Below are positions 23,013 to 33,391 of a stretch of DNA of 64,000 bases, piece by piece (within the stretch, counting starts at the first letter, position 1; each line of letters begins with the position of its first letter). Where the stretch lies: positions 124,001-188,000 of the forward strand of contig PPNB01000006.1 in NCBI GenBank assembly GCA_003707115.1. The letters are read 5' to 3'. Below the pieces are notes generated by a model, which ran no database searches, was not told the origin of the DNA, and worked only from the letters and a program-made list of their open reading frames with translations. This DNA is from Tortispora ganteri (taxonomy: Eukaryota). The translations under genes were made by a program, and so were the position numbers.

Positions 23013-24524
23013 ATGAATTGGACACTTTTTGGATTGCCTAGTCAGATTCTTAACCCAAAACGTAACTGCTATGACTATTATCGTCCTCCACTATTCGCTG
23101 GCCTGAGTACCCCATTCGTCTCTGGCTCCTTCATACACGCTATCGTTCTAGGACAGCAGAAGCAGTCAATTGGTTGTCCAACTGATAATACAACGCATAA
23201 ATTGCCTGTGAAGGGCATAGCAAACCGTATTCTCACCTCCTGCAATAACCTTGACGGAGTCTCTGGTTTTAATATTGTTCCACTTACAGATGAGGTGCTA
23301 TTGCAGTGTGTTGCTCGATCTATTTCCGCAGTATTAGATGAACCGTGGGAAGTTACAGCAGAGTCTCTTAGAAGTTTCTCGTATGACCAAAATAGTCCGA
23401 AGGATAGCACTGACTGGTGCAGCTCATTTGCAGCTTCTTCTGAATCGATATCAGACATGTCGCAACGTTCGCCTCAGTTTGATCCTCTTATTCAGTGCAG
23501 ATCAAAATCTGTCCCTGACTGTTGTCAAACGTTTACTTGCGACTCCTGCGCTGCTTCTATGTTAGAAGACATAAAATCAATAACGCGTCAGACGTTGGAG
23601 ACTGCTAATGACCCATTAGCTGATACTTTGGAAGAAATAAAATGGGCTCATCGCAGCCGTCTTCGAATTCTTCGTAAAATTGCACAAAAAATGGAGAAGA
23701 GAGAAGAAGATAAGCAGCTATCTAGAGATAATCAACACCCAGACGATGAACACTGCGTTAATGGAGCCAGTCTAAAGGGTCGTCTGTCTATAGAAGACTT
23801 GTTCCACAGTCCTAACAATTATAAGTCTGTATATAAGGAATCTCCGCTTCCTAATGGCGATATACTGCTTAGACAGACTGTGAAAAGGATCTCAGATGTG
23901 TTTAATGAGGCTACCGATGTGTATGGCGCACTTTCTGAATGTAATGGTTATTCGAAAGATCACAAAGTGGTGTTTGATAGTACATCATATTCCGTACAGA
24001 CAGTGTCTCAGAATCCTTTCCTGATTTATATGCCGCACAGTTCTCAACTTCACTATTCTCACTGTGTATATCCCGATTTTGCTACTGTTGCCTTGTCTCA
24101 TCAGTACGATATGCAATTGTGCCAATATCAACATGATAGAGGAACTCGCGTGCCAGATACATCTGAAGTGTATGTTGAGCACCAAGGGCCAGAGGGCCCT
24201 TGTGATAAGAAAAACGTTGACCATACTTGTGGTGATAATTCTACAGAGAAACCAACTGCGATTTCGTTATGGGATTGTGGCCACATGCAAAATATGGTAT
24301 CAAATCAAGACAGTCCTGAGCAAAGCCCATGGCTGAAAAAACATCATGGGATAAAGAATGATGAGCTATGTGTAGCGCAAGCATCTTCATCTGTATTGTC
24401 TCCAATGTCTTCCTCATCACCGTCCCCTTTACGGTCCTTTTCGCGTTCTTCGCGCTCCTCTACGAGACCGAAGCGCTCTCATAAGCAAAGAGTACCGAAA
24501 AGTGGCCGAAAATGGTCGCTTTAG
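23013..24524 (+). CDS. Hypothetical protein, 503 aa, no recognised family
   Basis: Long ORF with a Ser/Arg-rich basic C-terminus. The ATG is preceded by an acceptor-like TTTTTAGCAG, so upstream exons are possible. Confidence 0.7.
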   Translation: MNWTLFGLPSQILNPKRNCYDYYRPPLFAGLSTPFVSGSFIHAIVLGQQKQSIGCPTDNTTHKLPVKGIANRILTSCNNLDGVSGFNIVPLTDEVLLQCVARSISAVLDEPWEVTAESLRSFSYDQNSPKDSTDWCSSFAASSESISDMSQRSPQFDPLIQCRSKSVPDCCQTFTCDSCAASMLEDIKSITRQTLETANDPLADTLEEIKWAHRSRLRILRKIAQKMEKREEDKQLSRDNQHPDDEHCVNGASLKGRLSIEDLFHSPNNYKSVYKESPLPNGDILLRQTVKRISDVFNEATDVYGALSECNGYSKDHKVVFDSTSYSVQTVSQNPFLIYMPHSSQLHYSHCVYPDFATVALSHQYDMQLCQYQHDRGTRVPDTSEVYVEHQGPEGPCDKKNVDHTCGDNSTEKPTAISLWDCGHMQNMVSNQDSPEQSPWLKKHHGIKNDELCVAQASSSVLSPMSSSSPSPLRSFSRSSRSSTRPKRSHKQRVPKSGRKWSL

Positions 24525-24631
24525 AAAAACCAAATCAAGCCGTATATCATGTAAGTAAATATAGAAAACCAACCCATTTCAAGTACACTTATAAAGTAAA
24601 TAAAGCAGTAACTACTAATTTGTGCTTAGGT

Positions 24632-25168
24632 TTAACTCTTTGCTAAGTTATTAGTCCATAGAGGTGCCCATTCTGCAACTGGCGACCCAAAACAGTCCAC
24701 AAGTGCTAGAGAACCACCGACCCAGCTTTGACAGCTTTCTATTATGTGCGTATATGCTTGAACTGCTGCTTCTTTCAGTTCAGAGTGATTGGATATATCA
24801 ATATTGGAGTATATTAGAGACACATGAGGGTCATAAGTCTGGATCCAAGTATCTACCTCTGGATCAAACAGTGCCCTGCATTTATGGGTCAGTTTTAGCA
24901 GGCTTTCAGATTTTTCTACTCGAATAAACGCATTCTTGAAGAAGTATGTGCCAAATACCAGTTGAGTGAATGATACAGATGTTTTCTCTAATAGACTGTC
25001 GGCGATCCCCTGTAGTGCTTCTCGATCAATGTCTGGGGGAACTTGAGTAGTAATTGTTATATGTGGAAGGAACTGATCCGAGTTTGCAGCTTGTGATAAT
25101 TTATTAATACTGTCTTGTAGTACAGCTCCTATTTCCGGTGGAGGTTGCAACCACAAAGCTAATGCCAT
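24632..25168 (-). CDS. CPD1: 2',3'-cyclic nucleotide phosphodiesterase (2H family)
   Basis: Two HxT/S motifs (PHITI, PHVSL) and an N-terminal ALWLQP. Confidence 0.85.
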   Translation of the reverse strand: MALALWLQPPPEIGAVLQDSINKLSQAANSDQFLPHITITTQVPPDIDREALQGIADSLLEKTSVSFTQLVFGTYFFKNAFIRVEKSESLLKLTHKCRALFDPEVDTWIQTYDPHVSLIYSNIDISNHSELKEAAVQAYTHIIESCQSWVGGSLALVDCFGSPVAEWAPLWTNNLAKS

Positions 25169-25509
25169 TTTAAACCGATTAGTTTACCTTTGATGAATTT
25201 CACTAAACGTGTAAGTACAGGTTGTGTATGGGTTCCTCCTATCGGGAAATTCGCTCTTCAAGCTTACTATTAAATGATCTGGCACCCTTCTTCGTATAAC
25301 CGCCGCACCACCAGACCAATATCATAAATCAACATAATAATAAAAATGCATTGAAACTATTATTTATTATATATACCTCTTACAGATTCGATATAAGCAA
25401 TATACAAGTGTAGTTGTCCATATGTATACAATATTGGCCAGCTCAGGGTTAAGGTTACAGCATTAGCTTCTAGTCAACTTAACTAACGGTTTCTGCTTCA
25501 ACCACCATC

Positions 25510-25887
25510 ATGGATCCAGAGCTTGAAGCGCTTAGAAAGGCGCGGCTTGCAGAACTGCAACATTCACAAGGACTTGGAGGAAGCAGCAGTAATGAACAAC
25601 TAGATAAGAACCAAGGACCTGCAGATGATGCCCGGCACTCTATACTGGCGCAGGTTTTATCAAATGGGGCTCGAGAGCGATTGGCAAGAATTGCGATGGT
25701 GAAAGGAGATCGCGCTAGAGCGGTCGAAGATATGATAATAAGAATGGCTCAGACTGGTCAAATCAATCGAAAAATCGAAGAAAATGAACTTGTACAAATA
25801 TTAGACAGACTATCAGCAAACGCCCCCAAACAATCAAACATAGTGTACCAAAGGAGATCTACCGATAGCGATGATGAATGGGATTAG
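25510..25887 (+). CDS. SDD2: PDCD5 homolog
   Basis: MDPELEALRKARLAEL...ARERLARIAMVK...RARAVED. Confidence 0.92.
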   Translation: MDPELEALRKARLAELQHSQGLGGSSSNEQLDKNQGPADDARHSILAQVLSNGARERLARIAMVKGDRARAVEDMIIRMAQTGQINRKIEENELVQILDRLSANAPKQSNIVYQRRSTDSDDEWD

Positions 25888-26016
25888 TGATTGTTATAAA
25901 GATTATTGTTAATGATCCAACGCATGTTTATCTTCTATATATATAAAAGAAAATAAGACGAAAATCAAAAATTAAAAAGTATAATAAACAGAAAACATTA
26001 ACCTTCGCTAAAATGT

Positions 26017-27111
26017 TTAAGAGAAGAATTTCTTATAAGCAGAGCGCTCCTTTTCAGCTCTCGCCTTTTTCATCCTGCGTGCTTCGTTTAACTTATTTGC
26101 AGTTGCCGGATCTTGGCGTAGTTTGAGAGATTTCTCAAAAGCTTCAATTGCTTCGTCGTCCGATTTCATACCAATGAGACCACAGCCTAGACGATAATAA
26201 GCCTTCGCCTTTTCTATATCGCTGAGTTCAATCTTGGTGTCAAGTGCGCTTTGCGCAGATTTCACCACGTCGCTCCATTTGCTCTTCTTAATGTAGATCA
26301 GTGCCAAGTTTAGATGCGTCAATGCAAGCAGTTTTTCGAATTCAGGTCCATAGGGATCAATAACATCCGGCATAAACTCGTCAATGTACCTGACAACTTT
26401 CAGGTATTTTTCCTCGGCGCCATCCAGATCGCCTTTCTTGAACTTCTCAGTAGCGATGGACTTGATTTCCTCAGAAGCCTTGTAGGTTTGTTCCTGGTTC
26501 TCTGGGTCTAATGAGCTCTCGTCTTCTGGATAATCTTCATATTTGTCGCCGTCACTGGTACCGACTTGGATCTCCTGGTCGGCAGGAACCTCTCCGCAGT
26601 CAGTGATGACTACGGGGACTTCAGGCTTATCGCCGACCACGGTCTTGGTGTGTTCGATCAGACGTACAATGCTCTTTCCGGCAATGACTTTGCCGAAAAC
26701 AACATGCTTACCATCAAGATGCGGCGTGGGGACCGTAGTAATGAAAAATTGAGAGCCATTCGTATCAGGACCGGCATTGGCCATAGAAAGCAAGAACGGT
26801 TCCTCGTGCTTTAAAGGAAAGGCCTCGTCTTCGAACTTCTCGCCATAGATGCTTTCACCTCCAGTTCCATCGCCGTTCGTAAAGTCGCCACCCTGAATCA
26901 TAAAGCGCTTTATCACGCGATGAAATGTAGAGCCCTTATAATGCAAAGGTTTTCCGGACTTTCCTATGCCTTTCTCGCCTGTACAGAGCGCTCGGAAATT
27001 TTCAGCAGTTTTCGGGACCAAATCCTTGAATAGTTCCATGTATATGCGTCCCTTGGGTTCATCGTTAACAGATATGTCAAAGTAGACGCGTGGATTAGTT
27101 GTGTTCGACAT
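26017..27111 (-). CDS. CPR6: Cyclophilin 40 (PPIase plus TPR)
   Basis: [31 protein letters not shown] and NGSQFFITT, followed by a TPR domain ending YKKFFS. Confidence 0.93.
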   Translation of the reverse strand: MSNTTNPRVYFDISVNDEPKGRIYMELFKDLVPKTAENFRALCTGEKGIGKSGKPLHYKGSTFHRVIKRFMIQGGDFTNGDGTGGESIYGEKFEDEAFPLKHEEPFLLSMANAGPDTNGSQFFITTVPTPHLDGKHVVFGKVIAGKSIVRLIEHTKTVVGDKPEVPVVITDCGEVPADQEIQVGTSDGDKYEDYPEDESSLDPENQEQTYKASEEIKSIATEKFKKGDLDGAEEKYLKVVRYIDEFMPDVIDPYGPEFEKLLALTHLNLALIYIKKSKWSDVVKSAQSALDTKIELSDIEKAKAYYRLGCGLIGMKSDDEAIEAFEKSLKLRQDPATANKLNEARRMKKARAEKERSAYKKFFS

Positions 27112-27206
27112 TTTTTAAGCGTATAAAAGAGAGTCTAGAGTGATAACACTACGCAATGGACCTCCGCGGGGGTTAGTGGAAGATATATATATATACCTCT
27201 AGCTTA

Positions 27207-27219
27207 GAAATATCTAGAA
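27207..27219. promoter_or_regulatory. Imperfect heat-shock element upstream of CPR6
   Basis: GAA-AT-ATC-TA-GAA, about 100 bp upstream of the ATG, next to a TATATA tract. Confidence 0.5.
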
Positions 27220-27582
27220 GGATTGACCCTTCCCAATTGGGAGATCTTCGCCTGCACAGAAAAAGCGAGTCATCTGCATAGAAGCAGCTGTGTCTGTCGC
27301 AGTTTGATCGCAGATGTGCTAAAGAATCAAAAATAGCTAAAGAAGTGACAAAAGCATCGCAATAGATACCAAAAAAAATACAAACAAAAGGAATTAGTGA
27401 CCGTGCATCAGTGCGGCGGCTTGCGCGAATTGCGTATGAAAGTGAACGTTACGCAAAACTTTAATATGAACTAAGGTCAGGAGATTACAGACTAGACAAC
27501 CTAGACGGTTGAGCAGAAGATACAGAAGTAAATTTACAAATTAACGATGTACCCAAGTTAAGCAGTAGAAACTATGATAGTT

Positions 27583-28086
27583 TCAGAATCGCCTAATGAA
27601 GTCAAGCCCATACACTATAGTGGCAATGATAGAGACAAGGTTCATAAACATGGATAGTCCGTGAATTCGCTTGAAAGTCTTATCGGCTTTCTCGTACTTT
27701 GCATTAAGTTCCTGAGAATTAGGATCAGAGTTCAGACTTTCAGTCAAAAACTGTCTTTCTGCCACCAGCTTGTTTGTGACGGGATAGATTAGGAATTGAT
27801 TAGACAGTCCGAGCACGCTGACTAGTGCAAGACTGACACAAGATGTGACAGCAGAAGACAATTTGAAGGGAGTTGTTAATGCGATCCCGATAGGTGCCAC
27901 AGCTTGAATACCAAAATAATAGGGGAATAGGTTGGTCTGTAGAGTAGAAAAATTCTCCTTTGAGAGTTTTTTGAATGCCAATGGTCCTACAATGAAGCTG
28001 TCGAACAATTGGGATCCAAGCAACGTTCCGTAGATTAAATAGTTATAAGTTGCAGGTAAAGCAAGAGTTTCCAAAAGTGAGATCAT
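27583..28086 (-). CDS. DUF4149 / TMEM205-like membrane protein
   Basis: SFIVGPLAFKKL...FSTLQTNLFPYYF...FKRIHGLSMFMNL. Confidence 0.85.
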   Translation of the reverse strand: MISLLETLALPATYNYLIYGTLLGSQLFDSFIVGPLAFKKLSKENFSTLQTNLFPYYFGIQAVAPIGIALTTPFKLSSAVTSCVSLALVSVLGLSNQFLIYPVTNKLVAERQFLTESLNSDPNSQELNAKYEKADKTFKRIHGLSMFMNLVSIIATIVYGLDFIRRF

Positions 28087-28583
28087 GTTTTATTTTATTA
28101 CTCTATTAATTGTTTAGAGTGGTTGACGGAAGTTAAGTTGTAGAGCGGCCTTCATCAAAATATAAAGCCTATATTTTATTGTCCTGTGGCTCCACATTAG
28201 CTTAACAGTTGTATTTCAAACCTTATTCAAATACCATTATAACATCATACAGCGCCACTATATATCATATTTAAGTGATATAAGTCTCAGAGCATGTGAA
28301 TAATTAGTAAAACAAAAGGTTAAATGGCACAAATGAAGAAAATAAACACATGCGGTAGACTAAGGGGCTAGATCTGATTATTCAAAAGAGGAAAGACGTT
28401 GCAGGTAGACATGTTCTACCAATGTCATGGATGCACTATTACAGACAACCACACATAATCTCACATCTAAAGCCTTTCAATAACTATAAAAGCGTACAAT
28501 TGTATTGCAAGATATACATATAAATGCATTTTTATATAAAAAATATGTTGTCTGCAGAAGAACTATTAGAAACATTAAGGTTG

Positions 28584-28612
28584 AATAGCCAGAAACTTTA
28601 TTTCTGGCTATT
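28584..28612. repeat. Perfect 12-bp inverted repeat (AATAGCCAGAAA-cttta-TTTCTGGCTATT)
   Basis: Seen directly, about 70 nt downstream of the DTD1 stop. Confidence 0.9.
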
Positions 28613-28623
28613 AAAAGAATAAC

Positions 28624-28647
28624 ATATATATATATATATATATATAT
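28624..28647. repeat. (AT)12 microsatellite
   Basis: Seen directly. Confidence 0.95.
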
Positions 28648-28683
28648 CCAGTTTTTTCAGAAAAACGCTCTAGAATTTACAAT

Positions 28684-29288
28684 CTATGATTTCTCAGTAT
28701 CATACTGTATAGTTACTGGCCCATCATTCACCAGTTCGACGTCCATCATGGCACCGAAAATTCCATCACCAGGCTCCTTGTTCATATGCTTACCGATCAA
28801 TTCCTTCACCTTGTTGTACAATGCCTGTGCGTCAGCGCCTAACTGTTAGAACGAAACTCAACCAGTATCAGCCTATAAACTAGTGCACTTACCTTTAGCT
28901 GCAGCATGAAAGTCAGGCTTAGTACCCTTCTTGATTGTTCCATACAACGTGAACTGCGAGACTGCGACCACGATTAGTTGAATATCCTAAATCTGATTTG
29001 ATTTACTTACCGCATAGAACTTCGCCATTTATATCGGTAACGCTTTTCTTCCACTGTGAATCGCCATCCGGCCATAACCGAACCTTAACAATCTTATCGG
29101 CTAGCTTCTCAGCTTGTGCCTCTGTATCCTCGCTTGACACCCCCACGAGCACCAGCAAGCCCTTTCCTATTCTATCATTGTTAGCTCTAGCGTCCCTGAA
29201 GACTACGCCACAAAGTTACTTACTCCGATACTTTGTTTGAATCTACAGTGACAGAAGCGCGTTTTACACGTTGGATTACTGCTCGCAT
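28684..29288 (-). CDS. DTD1: D-aminoacyl-tRNA deacylase, 4 exons (29288-29224, 29171-29011, 28961-28893, 28838-28684), 149 aa
   Basis: Manual splicing gives MRAVIQRVKRASVTVD...IGKGLLVLVG...VSQFTLYG...KGTKPDFH...FGAMMDVELVNDGPVT. Three GTAAGT introns (52, 49 and 54 nt) with CTAAY branch sites. Confidence 0.95.
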
Positions 29289-29465
29289 CCTGACACTAAT
29301 CCACTATCTGTCTACGAACTAGCTAAGTTATTAACTCCCGTTACAATTATACTACACTAAAACTACTTGCATTACAATTACAAACCAACTTAAGTTAATA
29401 TTAATATTATTATACACATAATTTCAAGTGACATGCAATAATACTATCATCTATTTATCACATAT

Positions 29466-32138
29466 CTAATCAAGATCCTCATCTGCAGATAAGTCGTAAT
29501 CCTCATCGTCCAGATCATCCATTAGCACGTCACCGTCTTGCGGATCATGATTAGGCAGGACAATCAAACCGGAACCATCCTCGCGTGCCGTTATGTGCGC
29601 AGTCTCATGGTCACGAATAAGCCCACGCAGCATAAGAACAGCCAGTTTGTTCAACACCTCATTCTGAATGAGACGATTCAATGGACGCGCACCCATATCC
29701 TTAGAGTAGCCGTGATCGCAAAGATAATCCTTAGCTTTGTCGTCCACATCCAATTCAATATTCTTGTTTGCCGATTTGAGTCTATCCTGCACTTCTTTCA
29801 GCCTAATGTCAACAATATGTCTGATGTTCTTGCGTGACAGCCTGTTAAATACCACCATAGACGAAATACGGTTCAGGAACTCTGGCTTGAAGTGTGCTCG
29901 TACAGCGTTCATGACAAGTCCACGAGTATACTCATCAATGTGTGATCCTGTAGACTGCTGAATATATTCTGCACCTAAGTTGGAAGTCATAATGACGATA
30001 CAGTTCTTTGCGTTCACAAGTTTGCCTGAGGAAGCATGAATGATACCATCATCCAGAAGCTGTAATAGAACAGTCAAAACGGAAGGATCAGCTTTTTCCA
30101 CCTCATCAAACAGAACAACAGAGTATGGTCTGCGAAGTAAAGCCTCTGTGAGTAATCCACCTTCCTCGTATCCGACATAACCAGGTGCAGCTCCCAGTAG
30201 TTTACTAGAAGACCACTTGTCAGACAATTCAGAACAATCTATACGGATCATGGCCCGTTCATCAGAAAACAAGAAACCAGCAAGTTTCTTAGCCAATTCT
30301 GTCTTACCAGAGCCAGAAAGGCCCAAAAACATGAATGATGCCGGTGCATTAGGGTTCGCTAATCCTGCTCTGTTAAGACGAATAGCATTAGATACAGCCT
30401 TCACAGCATCTTGCTGTCCAACAACTTGGCGAGAAAGTTCACGCTCCATATTTATCAATTTTTGATTTTCAGCTTGTGTCAACTTCTGTACTGGGATACC
30501 CGTCAAACGGGCGACAGTCTCAGAAATCTGTTCAGGACCAACAATATCATGGAGCATAGACTTATCTTCCTCTTGCTTAGCTTCTTCTTTCTCTTTTATC
30601 TTCCTCTTAATTTCAGGAATAGCAAAGTATCTCAGGTCAGCCGCAGTTGCTGTATCGCGCATACGATCAGCTTCAACTGCTTTATTCTCTAGCTCGGCTA
30701 GTCTGCGTTTGAGACGGTTAACCTCTTCAAGGCCAGCTCTCTCTTGTTCAAACTGTTCACGCAGAGGACGTAGTTGATCCTCTATTTCAGCTTCATGTCG
30801 TTTGGCTTCTTCAATGCGCTTTGTCGTGGTCGGATCAGTACCTTTATCGCGTTCCAATGCTTTAAGTTCGACCTGTACAAGGTTAAGCTGACGTTCCAAA
30901 GTGTCTAGTTTCTCAGGGCGAGAGTCTCTCGCAACGGCAACACCAGCAGCAGCTTCATCTATGAGATCGACAGCCGAGTCGGGAAGCTTGCGATAAGTGA
31001 GATAACGTCCAGCCAATTGTGCAGCTGAAACAAGAGCACTATCGAGAATGCGAATACCATGATGAAGTTCATATTTAGGTTGAAGACCACGAAGAATAGC
31101 AACTGTTTCGTCAACAGTGGGTTCGCGTACATCTACCTTTTGGAAACGACGCTCGAATGCAGCATCCTTTTCGACGTGCTTCCTATACTCCTCATTCGTA
31201 GTAGCACCAATACAATGGAGCTCACCTCGAGCAAGCATAGGTTTTAGTAAGTTAGCAGCATCGGTCTTACCGTCGCCCATTAGCATATGGATCTCATCAA
31301 TGAATAATATGATCATATCTTTTGATTCTTCAATTTCTTTGAGAACGCCTTTAATACGCTCCTCAAACTCACCTTGATACTTAGCACCAGCTTTAAGTGC
31401 ACCAAGGTCAAGCGAAAGGAGTTTACATCCCTGAAGGACTGTAGGAACATCGTTATCAACTATTCTTTGAGCGACACCTTCGACAATTGAGGTCTTACCG
31501 ACACCAGGGTCACCAATCAAGACGGGGTTTGATTTAGTACGGCGAGCAAGAACACGAATGCATCGACGAATTTCTTCTTCACGGCCAATGACGGGGTCAA
31601 GTTTACCTTCACGAGCACGCTCAGTCAAGTCAATTGCGTATTTTCCAAGGAACTCATTCTCGTCGCCAGTGTCTGCAGACCGCGAATCGATTCGACGGTT
31701 TCCACGAAGAGCATCGACAGCAGCTTCAAGAGACGAAATAGCAATACTGACTTCCTGGAACAAGGCCTTTATAGAGGGATCGTCCAACAGTGCGAGTAGC
31801 AGATGATCCTGGCCAATGTAAGAGTCTTTCTGTTTCGATTTGACCTTCTTAGCCGATTGAAGAACGTGCGCCAGTTGCGGAGAAGGGGTGACTTCGGCAG
31901 GAGCTGGATTCTGCATAGGAAGTCTGACTAAATGTTTGTTTACTGCCCTTTCAACAGGAGGCCATTCATACTTTGCCTTTTCGACGATGAGTTTAAGGAA
32001 AGGAGTTTCATCGCCTGAAGCATCAGCAAGGGCAGCAAGCAGATGTATAGGCATGATTGTTGCATGAGAGTGATCGGTAGCTATTTGAGCAGCATCCGAT
32101 ATCAACTTCGTTGCACGATCAGTTAATTGTAAATCCAT
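29466..32138 (-). CDS. HSP104: Hsp104 disaggregase
   Basis: Two AAA+ modules ([16 protein letters not shown]), a middle coiled coil and an acidic C-terminus ending DEDLD. Confidence 0.97.
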   Translation of the reverse strand: MDLQLTDRATKLISDAAQIATDHSHATIMPIHLLAALADASGDETPFLKLIVEKAKYEWPPVERAVNKHLVRLPMQNPAPAEVTPSPQLAHVLQSAKKVKSKQKDSYIGQDHLLLALLDDPSIKALFQEVSIAISSLEAAVDALRGNRRIDSRSADTGDENEFLGKYAIDLTERAREGKLDPVIGREEEIRRCIRVLARRTKSNPVLIGDPGVGKTSIVEGVAQRIVDNDVPTVLQGCKLLSLDLGALKAGAKYQGEFEERIKGVLKEIEESKDMIILFIDEIHMLMGDGKTDAANLLKPMLARGELHCIGATTNEEYRKHVEKDAAFERRFQKVDVREPTVDETVAILRGLQPKYELHHGIRILDSALVSAAQLAGRYLTYRKLPDSAVDLIDEAAAGVAVARDSRPEKLDTLERQLNLVQVELKALERDKGTDPTTTKRIEEAKRHEAEIEDQLRPLREQFEQERAGLEEVNRLKRRLAELENKAVEADRMRDTATAADLRYFAIPEIKRKIKEKEEAKQEEDKSMLHDIVGPEQISETVARLTGIPVQKLTQAENQKLINMERELSRQVVGQQDAVKAVSNAIRLNRAGLANPNAPASFMFLGLSGSGKTELAKKLAGFLFSDERAMIRIDCSELSDKWSSSKLLGAAPGYVGYEEGGLLTEALLRRPYSVVLFDEVEKADPSVLTVLLQLLDDGIIHASSGKLVNAKNCIVIMTSNLGAEYIQQSTGSHIDEYTRGLVMNAVRAHFKPEFLNRISSMVVFNRLSRKNIRHIVDIRLKEVQDRLKSANKNIELDVDDKAKDYLCDHGYSKDMGARPLNRLIQNEVLNKLAVLMLRGLIRDHETAHITAREDGSGLIVLPNHDPQDGDVLMDDLDDEDYDLSADEDLD

Positions 32139-32269
32139 TGTGAAATGAAATGTAAAATGTTTAAGAGAAAAGTGAAAAGCGTTATGAGCATGTAGAGTAG
32201 AATATATATAATAGTGAGATATCCGGAAATAACCTTATCTGTAATAAGGTTATCGTACCACCTAGGAGA

Positions 32270-32331
32270 TTCGAGAACATTCCATGACATTACAACTTCT
32301 AGGTCGATCAGGGTCATCAACTTTTCTGGAA
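32270..32331. promoter_or_regulatory. Heat-shock elements upstream of HSP104
   Basis: Perfect TTC-GA-GAA-CA-TTC at 32270-32282 and TTCTGGAA at 32324-32331. Confidence 0.8.
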
Positions 32332-32793
32332 ATGCCAATAAGACATATAAGAAGGTAAATACTAGTTATGAACATATAAATGATATTGGTGGAATATTGT
32401 GGATGTCTTATGTGCAATAATCTGCACTGTGGAGCCGAAGCAAATCTAATTTCCAAATTGAGAAGTCCCAGTTTAGATGACATAGTGGGCAGAGCGGGTT
32501 AAGAAGTGCGACGTATTACTTATTAATTGAATGAAATTACGCTTAAAAACATATTGAGACTAAATAAAATAGGTTCTCACACATCTCAGAGGGTTTAAAT
32601 TATCAATTGTATGTCACAGTGAATGATAATCGCTAGTACTGGTATCGGAAACAAACGCTCTTGATGAAAACTTTAATACGACAAGAAGAAAGTGGACCGA
32701 TCCATTTAGTCAAGCTAGTCGCTTAAAAAGTCATTTATGAGCGCAATAATTGTGGTTAACTAGGCTTTTGCGATCTCATGTATATTCTGACAG

Positions 32794-32913
32794 GTATGTT
32801 ATTTCATTCAAAAATTAAGAAGTGAACTCTGGGTCTTTGCTTGTAGATTTATATGCTCGTTAAGATGTTTTTATTTAGTTAAATATATAGTAATCGAATA
32901 ACTAACTATATAG
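32794..32913 (+). other. Consensus spliceosomal intron with no assigned host gene
   Basis: AG|GTATGT at 32794, ACTAAC at 32901-32906, TAG at 32911-32913. Confidence 0.4.
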
Positions 32914-33391
32914 GAGTAAATGTAAATGTCGATTTAAGAAGCAGTGAATCCGCTTAACTAAATCTCATAGCATGGTGAATATAAGAATATAAAATATAAA
33001 GCCAAGAATATTATTAAAATTTGGATATAAACCTTTATAAACGGATAACTAAGAAAAATATAGCAATAGAAATTATGCAGATCCCTAAAATTATACAGCC
33101 ATATATACACACGTGGAGGCATAACAATAGGAGGCAGGGTAACACACACACATACACAGAGCGGAGCAATGTATATATTCCTGAAGCGTGTATAGTGCTA
33201 TGTTATGTTGCACCCCTCTTTACGTTAACCAAACCAAACCTTTTTAAACAGACAAATAAAAGACCAATTGCGACTAAAATTCTTGGTTATTAACGCAATA
33301 AGTTGGTCTGCACAATTGACTTCCTTTAAGACCTGATAACTTGAATACCCATATATATATATCTTATTGACCAATTGGCCGCCTACCCGAC

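Noticed and set aside
25193..25521. GTAAGT (25211) and ACTAAC (25482) suggesting an intron before SDD2
   Set aside because: There is no acceptor AG between the branch site and the ATG, and MDPEL is already the canonical N-terminus.
29538..31806. Many antisense ORFs inside HSP104 (likewise inside ENA, SLA2, IDP and RGD1)
   Set aside because: These are shadow ORFs expected from codon bias on the opposite strand and show no independent protein features.
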